A stretch of DNA of 64,000 nt from Octopus vulgaris. Lineage: Eukaryota. The stretch is from assembly GCA_951406725.2 (NCBI GenBank), contig OX597815.1:177010001-177074000 (forward strand), read 5' to 3'. The number at the start of each line of letters is the position of its first letter. Position 1 is the stretch's first letter. Below, piece after piece: positions 1 to 11,230 of the stretch. Below the pieces are notes generated by a model that was not told the DNA's origin, did not search any database, and saw only the letters and a program-made list of their open reading frames with translations. The translations under genes and the position numbers were made by a program.

Positions 1-657
1 CTCGCTTTACATGTATGCGTGCACCTTAGCGTATATGTGTGGGCCGTCTCCCCATTTTGGAGACGTTTTCCGTGTGGTAACCATAGGCGGATGTAGTTCC
101 TAAACACGTGTAGAATAAGTATTGTTGTGGATTGTTCGCCAGTGGAAATAGATGCGAAAATATATTGCAGAACGGAAAGCTACTACATGATAAAGAACGA
201 AATGTAGAGCAGCCAGCAACAGATCAAAGAGCAATGACAATGCAGAAGACATTTGCTGTCTCACGAATCATTTCCTATCACGATCATGTTACGCACGCTC
301 GATTTCATTTCATACTTATGTAACCCAGGGTATTAAGTGCAGAGGATTTGACGGGAACAATATGAACCTACGATAGAGGCAACTAAAGTCGTCCAACCAA
401 ATTTCGACTAGATCTATCTATTGCTGGATCTTCACTTCATGCATTGGGGATTTCTCTGTGTTCTAGGATATCGCATACGTAAAGCAAGTTGTAGGTGTAT
501 TGCATATTTGTAAAAGAGAAACTGTTGGGTTGCCAGCGTGTCGGCCTCCAATGCGGCGACGCACATGGCATTACGAAATTACTGACAATATCCTAAAACA
601 TGAAGATGTCTCTCGCTATCAGTTTCCAAAGCTACAAGTGAGTGTACAGGAGAATTA

Positions 658-663
658 TATATA

Positions 664-694
<31 letters not shown>

Positions 695-735
695 GTATAC
701 ATACATACGTATACATACATACATACATACATACA

Positions 736-766
<31 letters not shown>

Positions 767-815
767 GTATACATACATACATACATACGTATACATACAT
801 ACATACATACGTATG

Positions 816-868
<53 letters not shown>
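658..868. repeat. (TACA)n + (TA)n microsatellite
   Basis: Directly visible; explains the YIHT/MYVC pseudo-ORFs at 500-917. Confidence 0.97.
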
Positions 869-872
<4 letters not shown>

Positions 873-1017
873 AGAATTAGTATTGGTATAACGCTCGGGA
901 AGTGTAAAAGCCTTTAACATTTGGATCCTACGCTCTTTCACTCAGAGACGAACACAGAAAGAAACATGGAGAGAAAAAATAAATGTGTGTAGTGGCTACC
1001 GATCTATCATGGCGAAT
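869..1017 (-). mobile_element. Short PLE-like HHR element, family A, degenerate copy
   Basis: Reverse complement begins ATTCGCCATGATAGATCG like 41138, contains AGAGCGTAGG..TTAAAGGC..TTCCCGAGCGTTATAC, and ends at (TA)n. Confidence 0.7.
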
Positions 1018-1181
1018 GATATATGCAGTGCTCCATGAGACTTATCAAGGGGCCTGACTATTCTACTTGTGCAAATTTGCAATCATTCAGTCGTATATTT
1101 GGAATACCTATATATTTTAATTTTCTTATTTAACCACCATTCAACACCTCTTCTCCGTATTTTATATATATATATATATAT

Positions 1182-1368
1182 AAATATGAGAGGGATTCAC
1201 TATGTGGAAGCCCTTACGCTAAAAAGAGATCCGCATAAGCGTAGTGGATCCCTCTCATATTTGTGTATAAATAATATTTACTGAATCTCAGTTTTTTATG
1301 CGCTAGACCACTGGTGTTGAATTGATGTTATTAGATTAATATCTAATTTTTCACCCTCATTTGGACTT
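1182..1368 (+). mobile_element. Fold-back element between (TA)n tracts
   Basis: AAATATGAGAGGGATTCACTA pairs with TAGTGGATCCCTCTCATATTT (about 1182-1262), followed by a unique tail and (TA)n. Confidence 0.55.
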
Positions 1369-2189
1369 TATATATATATATATATATGTAGAGAGAGAGA
1401 AAGAGAGAGGAAAATTATCTAACTGACATACACCTGACTCTCACTTTGTCTCTGAAATATATATATATATGTGTATCCGTGTGTGTGAATGTATGTATTA
1501 ACACGTGTGTGTTAGTGCGTAGGCGTGTATATGTACGTATATGCGTATATATATATATGTATATATATATGTATGTATAAGTCAAGCAATCATAATGTAA
1601 TATAAAGCTACACACACACACAAACACACATTCGATATTTGTTTATAGAGAAACGCAAGGACACATGTAGGTTAATAACGTTAGCTTGATAAAAAGGATA
1701 CACATTCTTGCGTCTGTTCATTAATTGTAACCCAATGGAATTGAATTTCAACTATAAATAGAACTTCGTATGACTTGTGTGAGAAATACTGGATACTTAT
1801 ATTTTTTCAGGTACTAAATCACACAACACACACAAGCGTTTCTGAATACGCACAAATACACATTCACACGCAAACATTCACATATAAAACGAAGTGTGAG
1901 CGCGTGTTGGGGAGCGTGAGTACAGAAATAACTATAAACTGTCTAAAAGACTGGCAGGTTAAAAAAACAAACAAAAAATAAAACAAAAAAAATCAAGCAA
2001 AATCACCAATTATTTTTACAAATAGTCTATGCAGTTTTCCATATATCGATATATGTAACTATACCGATAAACATGCGCGTACACACACACACACAAATAT
2101 ATTCGTATATGTATATATTAACATTTATATATATATATATATGTACATATATAAAGATATATATATATATATATATAAATATGTACAAA

Positions 2190-2325
2190 TATACTTTATT
2201 AATAAAGCTGCAAAAAGTCATGTCTTTGCAGCTTTATTAATGAAGCATATGACTCTACCTCCGGTATTCCAGTACTATTTTCTCTATCTTGTTACACATT
2301 TATGTACTTAGTCTAGTATATACAA
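2190..2325 (+). mobile_element. Short fold-back element next to TA-rich tract
   Basis: ATTAATAAAGCTGCAAA / TTTGCAGCTTTATTAAT hairpin with about 10-nt loop, then a unique tail. Confidence 0.5.
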
Positions 2326-2359
2326 CTACATGTATATAAATATAGTCTACACATTGAAA

Positions 2360-2557
2360 TATTGTGACCGCGTGTGTACCGTTGGCGATTATTTTCCTCC
2401 GTCTTCCCTTCCTTTTCCTATGTTTCTGACGAAGGGCTCCGCTCGAAACGTTAGATCCTCATTCTTTCCTTCTTTCCTGAGCGTCCAATAATACTATACT
2501 TGTTCCACGCCCTCTCGTTGTTGTGTTTTCTCTTTGTGTTTTCATGTTTGGATTAAC
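2360..2557 (+). mobile_element. Short PLE-like element with canonical hammerhead core (family B, related to A)
   Basis: CTGACGA (2426-2432) A GGGC-TCC-GCTC GAAA CG TT; distal GAGCGTC at 2479-2485; pyrimidine-rich tail ending in (TA)n. Confidence 0.75.
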
Positions 2558-2765
2558 TATATATATATATATATATATATTAGATAGATAAATAAGGATA
2601 TATATAGCTATACACACACACATATATGTACATAAATATCCATATGTATGTATACATATATATTTGTGTGTGTATTTTTGTGTGAATATATATATATATA
2701 AATATATATTTATATATATATATAAATAATGCAATGTACATACACACAACCACACGCGCACGCGC

Positions 2766-2975
2766 AGTGCTGGAACTTTCCTAGCTTTGAGTAAAAAAAT
2801 ACAGGTGGTTCAGTTAATCATGATTTCATTCAACATATTCCCCTCTCAGATTCGCACACTTATTGCAGCAGTCTTTCAATTTTTCTAAGCCCTATAAGAA
2901 AACTCGGAAGTTTGGGCCTTCAGTCAGGCGTTTCGCGATACCTTTAAATCTAGAAACTTTTCAGCACCTCTCGTA
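2766..2975 (-). mobile_element. Mariner-derived non-autonomous element
   Basis: Minus strand 2830-2883 translates KLKDCCNKCANLRGEYVE, like the mariner C-terminus L..RW.KCI...GDYVE. Degenerate TIRs: TACGAGAGGTGCTGAAAAGTTTC vs GTGCTGGAACTTTCCTAGC. Confidence 0.7.
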
Positions 2976-3011
2976 TATCTAAGGTATGTATATACCTTAC
3001 ATATATAGTAA

Positions 3012-3243
3012 GGCGGCGAGCTGGCAGAAACGTTAGCACGCCGGGCGAAATGCGTAGCCGTATTTCGTCTGCCGCTACGTTCTGAGTTCAAATTCCGCCG
3101 AGGTCGACTTTGCCTTTCATCCTTTCGGGGTCAAATAAACAAGTACCAGTTACGCACTGGGGTCGATTTAAATGACTTAATCCGTTTGTCTGTCCTTGTT
3201 TGTCCTCTCTGTGTTTAGCCCCTTGTAGGTAGTAAAGAAATAG
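3012..3243 (+). mobile_element. tRNA-derived SINE family 1, full length
   Basis: GGCGGCGAGCTGGCAGAAACGTTAG (A-box-like), GAGTTCAAATTCC (B box), central GCCTTTCATCCTTTCGGGGTC..AAGTACCAG resembling the Meta/Sauria-type SINE core; more than 10 related copies in the window. Confidence 0.92.
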
Positions 3244-3423
3244 GTATGTATGGGTGGCTTATTAGCAATTGCAACCTAAAAGCAAAATTCATAGGGGTCA
3301 GAAAACAACTCAAAAACCTCAAAGACAGAGATTTTGCGCCTTTCGAGTTGTATTACCTCTTGTTTTAGCAATACCTGGTGCTGGTTAATACCCTACGTCA
3401 CTTATATATCTGAGTGTGTGTGC

Positions 3424-3458
<35 letters not shown>

Positions 3459-3796
3459 TGAATAAAAATGACTGAAAGAACGTGATGAGAAAATCTGAAT
3501 ATAATGAAAAGAGGGGTTGTCACACGTGGCCCATGTAATCGCAAGTGATAGATGGAATCTAATTAGACAGAAGCCCACATAACTGAGAAATTTGATAAAT
3601 TGAAAATTAATCGGGCAATTATGAATAAATGGAAGAATGAAGTACAGCATGATGAAAAGTGTTTAACATATATCTACACCGTTTCTATGTATTTCCATTG
3701 CCCTTTCAGCATATTTGCTTTTAATGAGTCAGCAAGGGGCCTTATATCTGGAACAAGGAAAAGATACGTGTATGGATATATATATATATATATATC

Positions 3797-3930
3797 ACTT
3801 AGCGGTTCGGCAAAAGAGACCGATAGAATAAGTACTGGGCTTACAAAGAATAAGTCCCGGGGTCGATTTGCTCGACTGAAGGTGGTGCTCCAGCATAGCC
3901 GCAGTCAAATGACTGAAACATGTAAAAAAA
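3797..3930 (+). mobile_element. SINE family 2, 3' fragment
   Basis: Near-identical to 56727-56855 (CTTAGCGGTTCGGCAAAA..GAATAAGTCCCGGGGTCGATTTGCTCGAC). Confidence 0.88.
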
Positions 3931-4249
3931 AAATATAATAATAATAATGATGATTTGAGTGAATATTATTCCTAAATTACAGGGAAAAATTCAATTTAGA
4001 AATACTAAACCAAATTTCACAAAATATAATATATATATATAAAAATTAGAAAAAAGCACCTTTTATCAATTCAAAATGAACAATAAATTACACCATCTAA
4101 AAAAAGTACATATAATAGAAATATTAAAATAACAATAATATACCGATGATTAAGTAAATTGCAAAATAATAATAAAAACGTATATATTTGGTAGAATAAC
4201 AAATATATATATATACTTATGTGTGTATATATATATTGTTTTCTTATAC

Positions 4250-4608
4250 CTTTATTCTTTTATTGTTTTAGTCAGTTGACTGCAGCTATGCTGGAACATC
4301 GCCTTGAAAGGTTGTAGTGGAACAAATTGACCCCAGAACATTTTTTAAAGTCTAGTACTGATTCTATCGGGTCCTTTTGCCGAACAGCTACGTTACGGTA
4401 ACATAAACGTACTAACACCGGTTATCAAGCGGTGATGGGGGAAGAAACACAAACATAGCCACACTCGCACACACATAAATACGACGGGCTTCTTTCAGTT
4501 TCCGTCTACCAAATTCACTGACAAGGCTTTGGTCGACTCTAGGCTATAGTAGGCGACACTATCCCAATTTGCCATGCACTGAACCTGGAACCATGCGGTT
4601 GCGAAACA
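4250..4608 (-). mobile_element. SINE family 2
   Basis: Reverse-complement match to 56477-56876, including TTCTTTCAGTTTCCGTCTACCAAAT. Confidence 0.88.
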
Positions 4609-5009
4609 CTGCGCGATATATAGGCAGAGAGGTACGCACATATATTTGCATAAATATTCGTGAGACATTTTTTATTCAGTTCTTTGTATCAATGCTTCTT
4701 TGCATTGCATTAGGCATCTTTCTTTAGTCCGACCAGTGACATTCCTAAATCCAGTAGAGTAATAGCATCACTACCTTTGTATTCTTGTCATCAAGATTAA
4801 TTAGCGTTGTGCTGTTCGTGCACTTTGCCGTAAGTACCATGAGAAAAATGGAATGACGTACAAAATAGTCAACGCCGATTATATTTTGGCTTGTTTGTAT
4901 TTTGCGATTAGTGAGGCTTCCTTACTTATCCTAATTTTCGTGGAATTTTTCCATCGAACTTAAGCACTGTTAGCTAATGTTGGTCTATCTAATAATATTT
5001 CGTATGCAG

Positions 5010-5397
5010 GGCGGCGAGCTAGCAGAAACGTTAGCACGCCGGGCAAAATTCTTAGCGGTATTTCGATTGCCATTACGTTCTAAGTTCAAATTCTGCCGAG
5101 GTCGACTTTGCCTTCAATCCTTTCGGAGTCGCTAACATAAGTACCAGTTACTCACTGGGGTCGATATCATCGACTTAATCCGTTTGTCTGTCTTTGTTTG
5201 TCCTCTCTGTGTTTAGCCCTTTGTGGGTAGTAAAGAAATAGGTATTTCGATTGCCGTTACGTCCTAAGTTCAAATTCTTCCGAGGTCGATAAAATAAGTA
5301 CCAGTTATGCGCTGGCGTCGATGTAATCAACTTAATCCCCTTAATTGTCCTTGTATGTCCCTCTATGTTTAGCCCCGTGTGGGCAATAAAGAAATAA
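5010..5397 (+). mobile_element. SINE family 1 with tandemly duplicated body
   Basis: Full copy 5010-5241, then a second body starting GGTATTTCGATTGCC; flanked by the direct repeat TCGTATGCAG (5000-5009 / 5403-5412). Confidence 0.9.
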
Positions 5398-5704
5398 TTA
5401 TCTCGTATGCAGCTTTTAATGACTTGCATTTCTTCTTGTTAACGAAGGCTTGGCGCGGTTGTGTTCCAGTTTGGGCCACGAAATTCTCAACTTTTACGTT
5501 TACATTGAACTTTATTTATTATGTCACATAATCTGTCTGTAATATGTTCTGCAGTTTGGTAAATGTTTTGTATTTTTTATGAAATTATATTCTCGCAATA
5601 CGTAAAGAATTTCGGAGCACTATTCCTCCTAAGTAAATTTCAAGGATAAATAAAGGGACAAAGGAAAATCTTTTTGTTCCCCTTTAATATTCATATGCAC
5701 AGAA

Positions 5705-5882
5705 TGGTAGTGAGCCAGAAGAAATGTTTAGTTGTATTTCGTCCGTCTTTACATTGTGTTCAAATCCTTCAGAGGTCAATTTTAAGAGTCGATAAAATAA
5801 GTAACAGTTGTGTACTGGGGTGGGATGTAATCGACTTATCCTCTTCCTCAAAATTGCTGGCCTTGTGCCAACATTTGAAATC
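5705..5882 (+). mobile_element. SINE family 1-related, degenerate (alternative tail)
   Basis: GTATTTCGTCCGTCTTTAC..GTTCAAATCC..GTCGATAAAATAAGT..AAATTGCTGGCCTTGTGCCAA. Confidence 0.75.
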
Positions 5883-6309
5883 AATATTTCTATTTACATA
5901 TGTATTTATCTGCACCCGACCCTGCAGTCAACATACACTAAATATTAGTATAAATATTAGCATGAAAACATGTTCTATTGTAAAACCTAATACCAAGGAA
6001 CTCGTTTCGACTTTCGGACGCAGTTCATCGGTTTTCTTGTTGGTGGGAGCATACGATACATGGAGAGTGTTATCAACGACAAACTCTGTGTACTAAACGC
6101 TTACTTTGCGGTTTTTCATTTTTAAGATATTATTACACCATGCAACGGTCCATACATTGCTATTGCACAGCATAAACAGTTCCTGGTCCTACAACAACGA
6201 ACACAATAACAACATCTGCTACTGTTGCTTGTTTGTTTGTTTGTTTGTTTGTTTGTTGAGCGAAGCGGTCTTCGTCCCAGTGGGAGAAGTCCGAAACGTG
6301 GTTCTTTGC

Positions 6310-6612
6310 TATTCGTAAGACCCGCAGAAGAGAAAGCAGGTCAACCCCCGACACCGAGAGCATCGACGGATGGATGAATGCGCATCCAATCTCAGCGGTT
6401 GCATAGGAAGTCGGGGACAAAAAACAGGAAGAAAGAGTGAGAGAAAGTTGGAACGAAAGAGTACAACAGGGTCGCCACCACCCCCTGCTGGAACCTCGTG
6501 GAGCTTTAGGTGTTTTCGCTCAATAAACACACACAACGCCCGGTCTGGGAATCGAAAACGCGATCCTCCGACCGCGAGTCCGCTGCCCTAACCATCGGGC
6601 CATTGCTCCTCC
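6310..6612 (-). mobile_element. tRNA-derived SINE family 3
   Basis: Reverse complement head GGAGCAATGGCCCGATGGTTAGGGCAGCGGACTCGCGG..TTTCGATTCCCAGACCGGGCG matches 37904 and 29830-29993. Confidence 0.88.
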
Positions 6613-7082
6613 CAATCCGTTTCCTCTAACCCTCCTGCTGCTGCATTTCTTTTGTTACTAATCGTAATACTCTGCATACAAACATCTTGTGCGTGCATAT
6701 GAGCATTTGAACAAGTATAATTTACAAATTTGTATAAATCTGGTATTTAATTTGTGCGTATAACTTAGAAACTATAATACAACGTGCTACTATTTTCAGA
6801 CTTACGAAACAAGTGTTGCAGTTCATATGATGAACGTCGCAGTTTTAAATACATAGCTCTTAATTCTGTAGCATTATACTTGGATATAAAGTAATACGCC
6901 TCTTATATATACTCAACAATATACTTTATTTGACGAACAATAAAATCATTTGTGAAAAATAGTTATTCTTTCCTATTTAATCGAGGATTAAGTGGTAGTT
7001 GTAGCATTTAGAAAACAGACAGCTGTTTCATTATTTGCGTCATGTTGAGGCCTGCAATATATTTTTGTGAAATATGTAAAAC

Positions 7083-7395
7083 ATGTTGATGCTTAGAAAA
7101 TTACTCTTTTCTAATTTATAAATCAGTGATAAGTTGCCACTTTGAAAACTATGTATTTCGAGCGGGAGTTTGGTAGCGCCACCTCTAGCCGAACAACTAT
7201 TCTGTGCTGATGAAGGGAAATAACCCGAAGATCGCGATACACAGATATTGTTTTGAGCTGATGGCGGGGGGGGGGGGTGCTAGATTCCCTTGTTCGAAAA
7301 TATAAGGACTTAGATCGTGTCTCCTGGGGTTAAATTACAGCAACATTCGTCCTAAACCAGGACTGCCATGTTATATTGGCAAAAATCTTTACTCT
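7083..7395 (+). mobile_element. 313-bp HHR-bearing insertion with 41-bp flanking duplication
   Basis: Direct repeats 7042-7082 and 7396-7436; 3' end ACCAGGACTGCCATGTTAT..TTTACTCT recurs at 44648-44688. Confidence 0.7.
7201..7245 (+). ncRNA. Minimal type I hammerhead ribozyme motif
   Basis: Stem I TCTGTG/CACAGA, core CTGATGA, stem II GGG-AAATAA-CCC, GAA(G)A, palindromic TCGCGA, UA site. Confidence 0.7.
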
Positions 7396-8762
7396 ATGTT
7401 GAGGCTTGCAAAACATTTTTGTGAAATATGTAAAACTGTCAAAGATTTTCACGATGATTTCGCATCAGTAAATAGTATCTTGCCATCAAAAATATTTACA
7501 AACTGATCCATTTCTTTACTGAATAATGAATTTATTGGTTTGAACTCATCGATGTCAGAATATAACTGTCATTCCACCTCTACCTCTTAGGCTACACTCT
7601 AAGTGCTTAATATTTTGTAAATTTTACTCATATTGCAGGAATAACTGAAGGAGTTTTCGCCAAGAATTTTAAACACACGATCTCCATCTAAGAATGTAAG
7701 TGAATCTTTAGACATCAATGAAACACATTTGTTTTTGTAATACAGGAAGTCTTCTATTTTTATGGTTAATAAGAATTTGTCATTCACTTACAAAAATGTA
7801 TATAGTTTCAAATTCTTTATTATAAGGGTTAATCTTCCAGAACACCGAGTCTGACACAGTTTATTAAATATAATTTACTTACAATCACCACTCACAAGCT
7901 ACTGAAAATATCGTTACTATTACAGCTTAATCACTTGTTATCATACAAACACGCATGAAAATTGGCTTAAAAGATAAAATCAAACAACATCAGCGCGATT
8001 TGAAGTCGGAATATAAATGTTGAAAATAATGTTGTTATAAGACGTTTAGTACAAAGTTCTACTGAATTAGCCACTCCAAACTCACTAATCACGTAAATTA
8101 ACTACTAATTGAATGGTAAAAAGAAAATCAAATACCATCATGCTGCGTAACAAATAGGCTAAACCACGTTCAATAGTTCTATTTTTAACTCCACAGTTGT
8201 CTTCTAAAGTAAGACGAGACGGTGTAATATAGCTATTAGCCATGCAGTTACACACGAAGCTAATATTCGCAAACGTAGGAGCATGCTGGAAAGAAAACTC
8301 TCTTTCTTATTTGATGTATATAGATTTCAATATGACCAGAAATGCATTAGGGACATGCTGTTTGAATTTTATAGTTTACAATTTGAAATTCTAAATATAG
8401 TTTAATTTAAACATTCCTAAAATAAATAGGTCAAATGTAATATTAAAATACCAGGCATTACGCAGAACGATGTCACGCAGCGTAGGAGATTCCACGTTTA
8501 TTTATTTATTTCCAAATGGAAAATGATGAAGAATAACAAATCACCGAGTGCATATCTGAAAGCGGTAAAGACAGGCATGATGGAACAATTAATTTAAAAT
8601 TCACAGATCTTTCAAGGTTCTCTCTGCTGGATACAATCTTTGGCTATACACAAATATACAGAGACATGAGAGAGAGAGGGAGAGAGGAGATACACACAGG
8701 CAGATAGAGGTAAGAGAGATATTGTTTAAGAAGTATTACGAAAAGGTATTGAATTATCATAA

Positions 8763-8983
8763 GGCGGCGAGAAGTAGTGAGCTGGCGGAATGGTTAGCAC
8801 ACCGGATTAAATGCTCAGCGGCATTTCGTCCGTTTTTATAATTTGAGTTTAAATGCCAGCGAAATCGACCTAGCCTTTTATCTTCTCAGGATCGATAAAA
8901 TAAGTACCAATTGAACACTGGAGTCGATTTCATTGACTTACTCGCAATCATAAGATTGTTGGCACTGTGTCAAAGTTTGAAAC
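8763..8983 (+). mobile_element. SINE family 1-related, degenerate
   Basis: GAGCTGGCGGAATGGTTAGCACACCGG..GATCGATAAAATAAGTACC. Confidence 0.78.
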
Positions 8984-9035
8984 TTATTATTATTACTACT
9001 ATTATTATTATTATTATCATTATTATTATTATTAT

Positions 9036-9530
9036 ATGTTTGACTTATGCTTAGTATTTGTACAAGTTAACTCCAAGTCTTACTCAGAGACCTCAACAGA
9101 CAAGTTATAAATTCAAGTTGGTATTATGCCTAGGGTGTCATTTATTTAGTTTTGTACATAGTATTGTTCTAGAGAATGTTTAAGAAAACAAGAAAATCAT
9201 GAGTTTGTTTTAAAATTTGAAATTACATAGACAGTATTTTACGTAGATTATGGGCAGTTCCCATGAGCGCTATCTTTTGAATTTCTGCTGTTTTGGATTT
9301 TCCTGGTATCTGAGCTATGTAGGAATCAGCCCCTTTTGCTATCATTCCTAGGGTACCTATGACAACAGATATTGTTTTAGTCTTGAGGTTCCACATTTTG
9401 CCAATTTCTATTTCAAGATCTTTATACTTGCTCAGTTTTTGGTAAGTTTTGATGCATATATTTATATTGATTGGGACAGTCATATCAATGAGGAAGCATG
9501 ATTTTTGTCTAAAGTATTTCAATATAATCT
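9036..9530 (-). mobile_element. Dong/R4-clade LINE 3' end (RLE endonuclease)
   Basis: ORF 9223-9522: CFLIDMTVP..KLSKYKDLEIEIGKMW..VVIGTLG..IQKIALMGTAHNLRKIL; 3' end abuts (TAA)n. Confidence 0.88.
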
Positions 9531-9586
9531 ATCTTTCTGTTAGTTTGTCAGTTTATTATTATTGAGTGAGAGAGCAGTGCTTGCCA

Positions 9587-9624
<38 letters not shown>

Positions 9625-9626
<2 letters not shown>

Positions 9627-10173
9627 TAGTTTTATTTTTATAGCGTGCTTTCACGTCACTACCGAGCGCAGCTCTGTGTGCCTTGTGTATGTGCTGTGAT
9701 TTGTTGCGATGCTCTGATGGTTACTGTATTGAAAGTGTTCTGCGTAGGATGTGTGCAGTGCCCAGTAGTGCAATTTTCTGTATGTTATATGTGTTTGTAA
9801 GTCCTGGTGTTTTTGTTATGTATTTGTCTGAATAATTTTTTATCATACCTAATGCACCTACTATGATAGAAATTGTTTCTGCTTTTAGATTCCACATTCG
9901 AGTTACCTCTATTTCCAGGTCTTTGTATTTTGAAAGTGTCTCCATTTCTTTTAGAGACACGTTGTCATCTGCTGGTATTGATACATCAATTAGAAAGCAT
10001 TTTTTCTTCACGATCTCTGACAACTATATCTGGCCTGTTGGCCTTAATTTCTCTATTTGTGTGTATTGGCATACCCCAGAGTATGGTTGCTTTCTCGTTT
10101 TCTGTGACCATTTCTGGTGTGTGCCTATACCATCTTTTTCCTGTTGTTATTCCATAATGTTTGCATAGCTTCC
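9625..10173 (-). mobile_element. Dong/R4-clade LINE 3' end (RLE endonuclease)
   Basis: ORF 9721-10023: LIDVSIP..LSKYKDLEIEVTRMW..IIVGALG..QKIALLGTAHILRRTL; RPD motif upstream; AAT repeats on both sides. Confidence 0.9.
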
Positions 10174-10329
10174 AATAATAATAATAACAAAAATACTACT
10201 ACTACTAATAATAATTATTATTATAACAATGATGATTTATACAAGGGAGACGAATGAAATGAACACTAGAATGGCGAATGAGCAATGTTTGGTCAGAAGC
10301 GATTATGAAAATGATTTGGATGCGTTGAA

Positions 10330-11230
10330 GTAAGCAGGAGGAGAGGCAACCAACGAACCTCACAGATCCAAGTTTACTCTAACAAGCAAAAGGAAGGGCG
10401 TTCTCTCACGATTATTCATGTCACCTTTAGCAATGTCCCGCTAAATTAATCGGACCTCTGTATCCCCTCTCACTCTCGTCCCAGAGCACAATTTGAGACA
10501 GTCGATGTGAGTTGGGCCGAAAAAGGAAACTTACTTGTTTTTCTGACAAAGGAAAATTTGTTATCCGATCAATTGTAGATGTTGGAACGACCGTCATGTT
10601 ATTCTAAAATGATTGCCGGAGCCATGCTACTCGCGGAAACAGCTGTTCTGCATACCCCCCCCCAAAAAAAAAATTATCCATGTCCCACGCATGAGCAGTG
10701 CACACTGTAACATTTCTTCACCTACACAAAATGTGGAAATCTCGGATGGCGGTGCTACTGTACCTATAGACGTCATCCTACCATAGTTAGCGCACTTTAG
10801 TAGGATTTCCAGATATGGAACCCCAGGATGAAAACCCTCGTGAATTGGCTGTACAGGTAATTCTCGCTGAAGATCAGTGTCTCCTGCGAATATTATAGTA
10901 TTTGCTCAAAAGTACTAACCTTCTGTAAAATACCAGGCGTTCACTTACCAGAGCCGAATAACAGGAGTGACTGATAGTTGTCGATTCAGATATCATCGCG
11001 TAAAATTGAACATCCCTAGCTCCAAAACTGCAGCTCCGCCAAAGAGACCAGCCTCAGGTAATATTTTCTTAAAATTAGCGGTTATACTTTCACACATTCC
11101 AATATTCTGCCAGATACCGCACCCTCATTATCAGACGTGTTTTCTAAGGTGTCGGCTGCAATCAGAATTTCCCAAATGGAACGCATCACTTCTCCAAAAG
11201 AAGAGACGCTTTAGCTTCACCAAATGAAAG
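10330..11230 (-). mobile_element. Possible very old L1/Tx1-like LINE remnant
   Basis: Higher-GC complex sequence; minus strand near 10680-10800 loosely resembles a C..C...ETV.H...C zinc-knuckle region; heavily disrupted. Confidence 0.25.

Larger units (their letters stand above)
6660..7790 (-). pseudogene. Decayed intronless ORF of unknown origin, split by an insertion
   Basis: One frame runs MNDKFLLTIKIEDFLYY..QLYSDIDEFKPINSLFSKEMDQFVNIFDGKILF..VLHISQK|YIAGLNMTQIMKQL..EAYYFISKYNATELRAMYLKLRRSSYELQHLFRK once the insertion and one duplicate copy are removed; about 9 in-frame stops; no homolog recognised. Confidence 0.4.

Noticed and set aside
500-917. ORFs rich in YI/HT/CV/RE/SL dipeptides here and throughout (e.g. 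25094, 27887, 51448, 59055, 62115)
   Set aside because: Translations of dinucleotide and tetranucleotide microsatellites.
3012-3100. tRNA genes at SINE heads
   Set aside because: A/B boxes are present but there is no complete cloverleaf, and each continues into a repeated SINE body.
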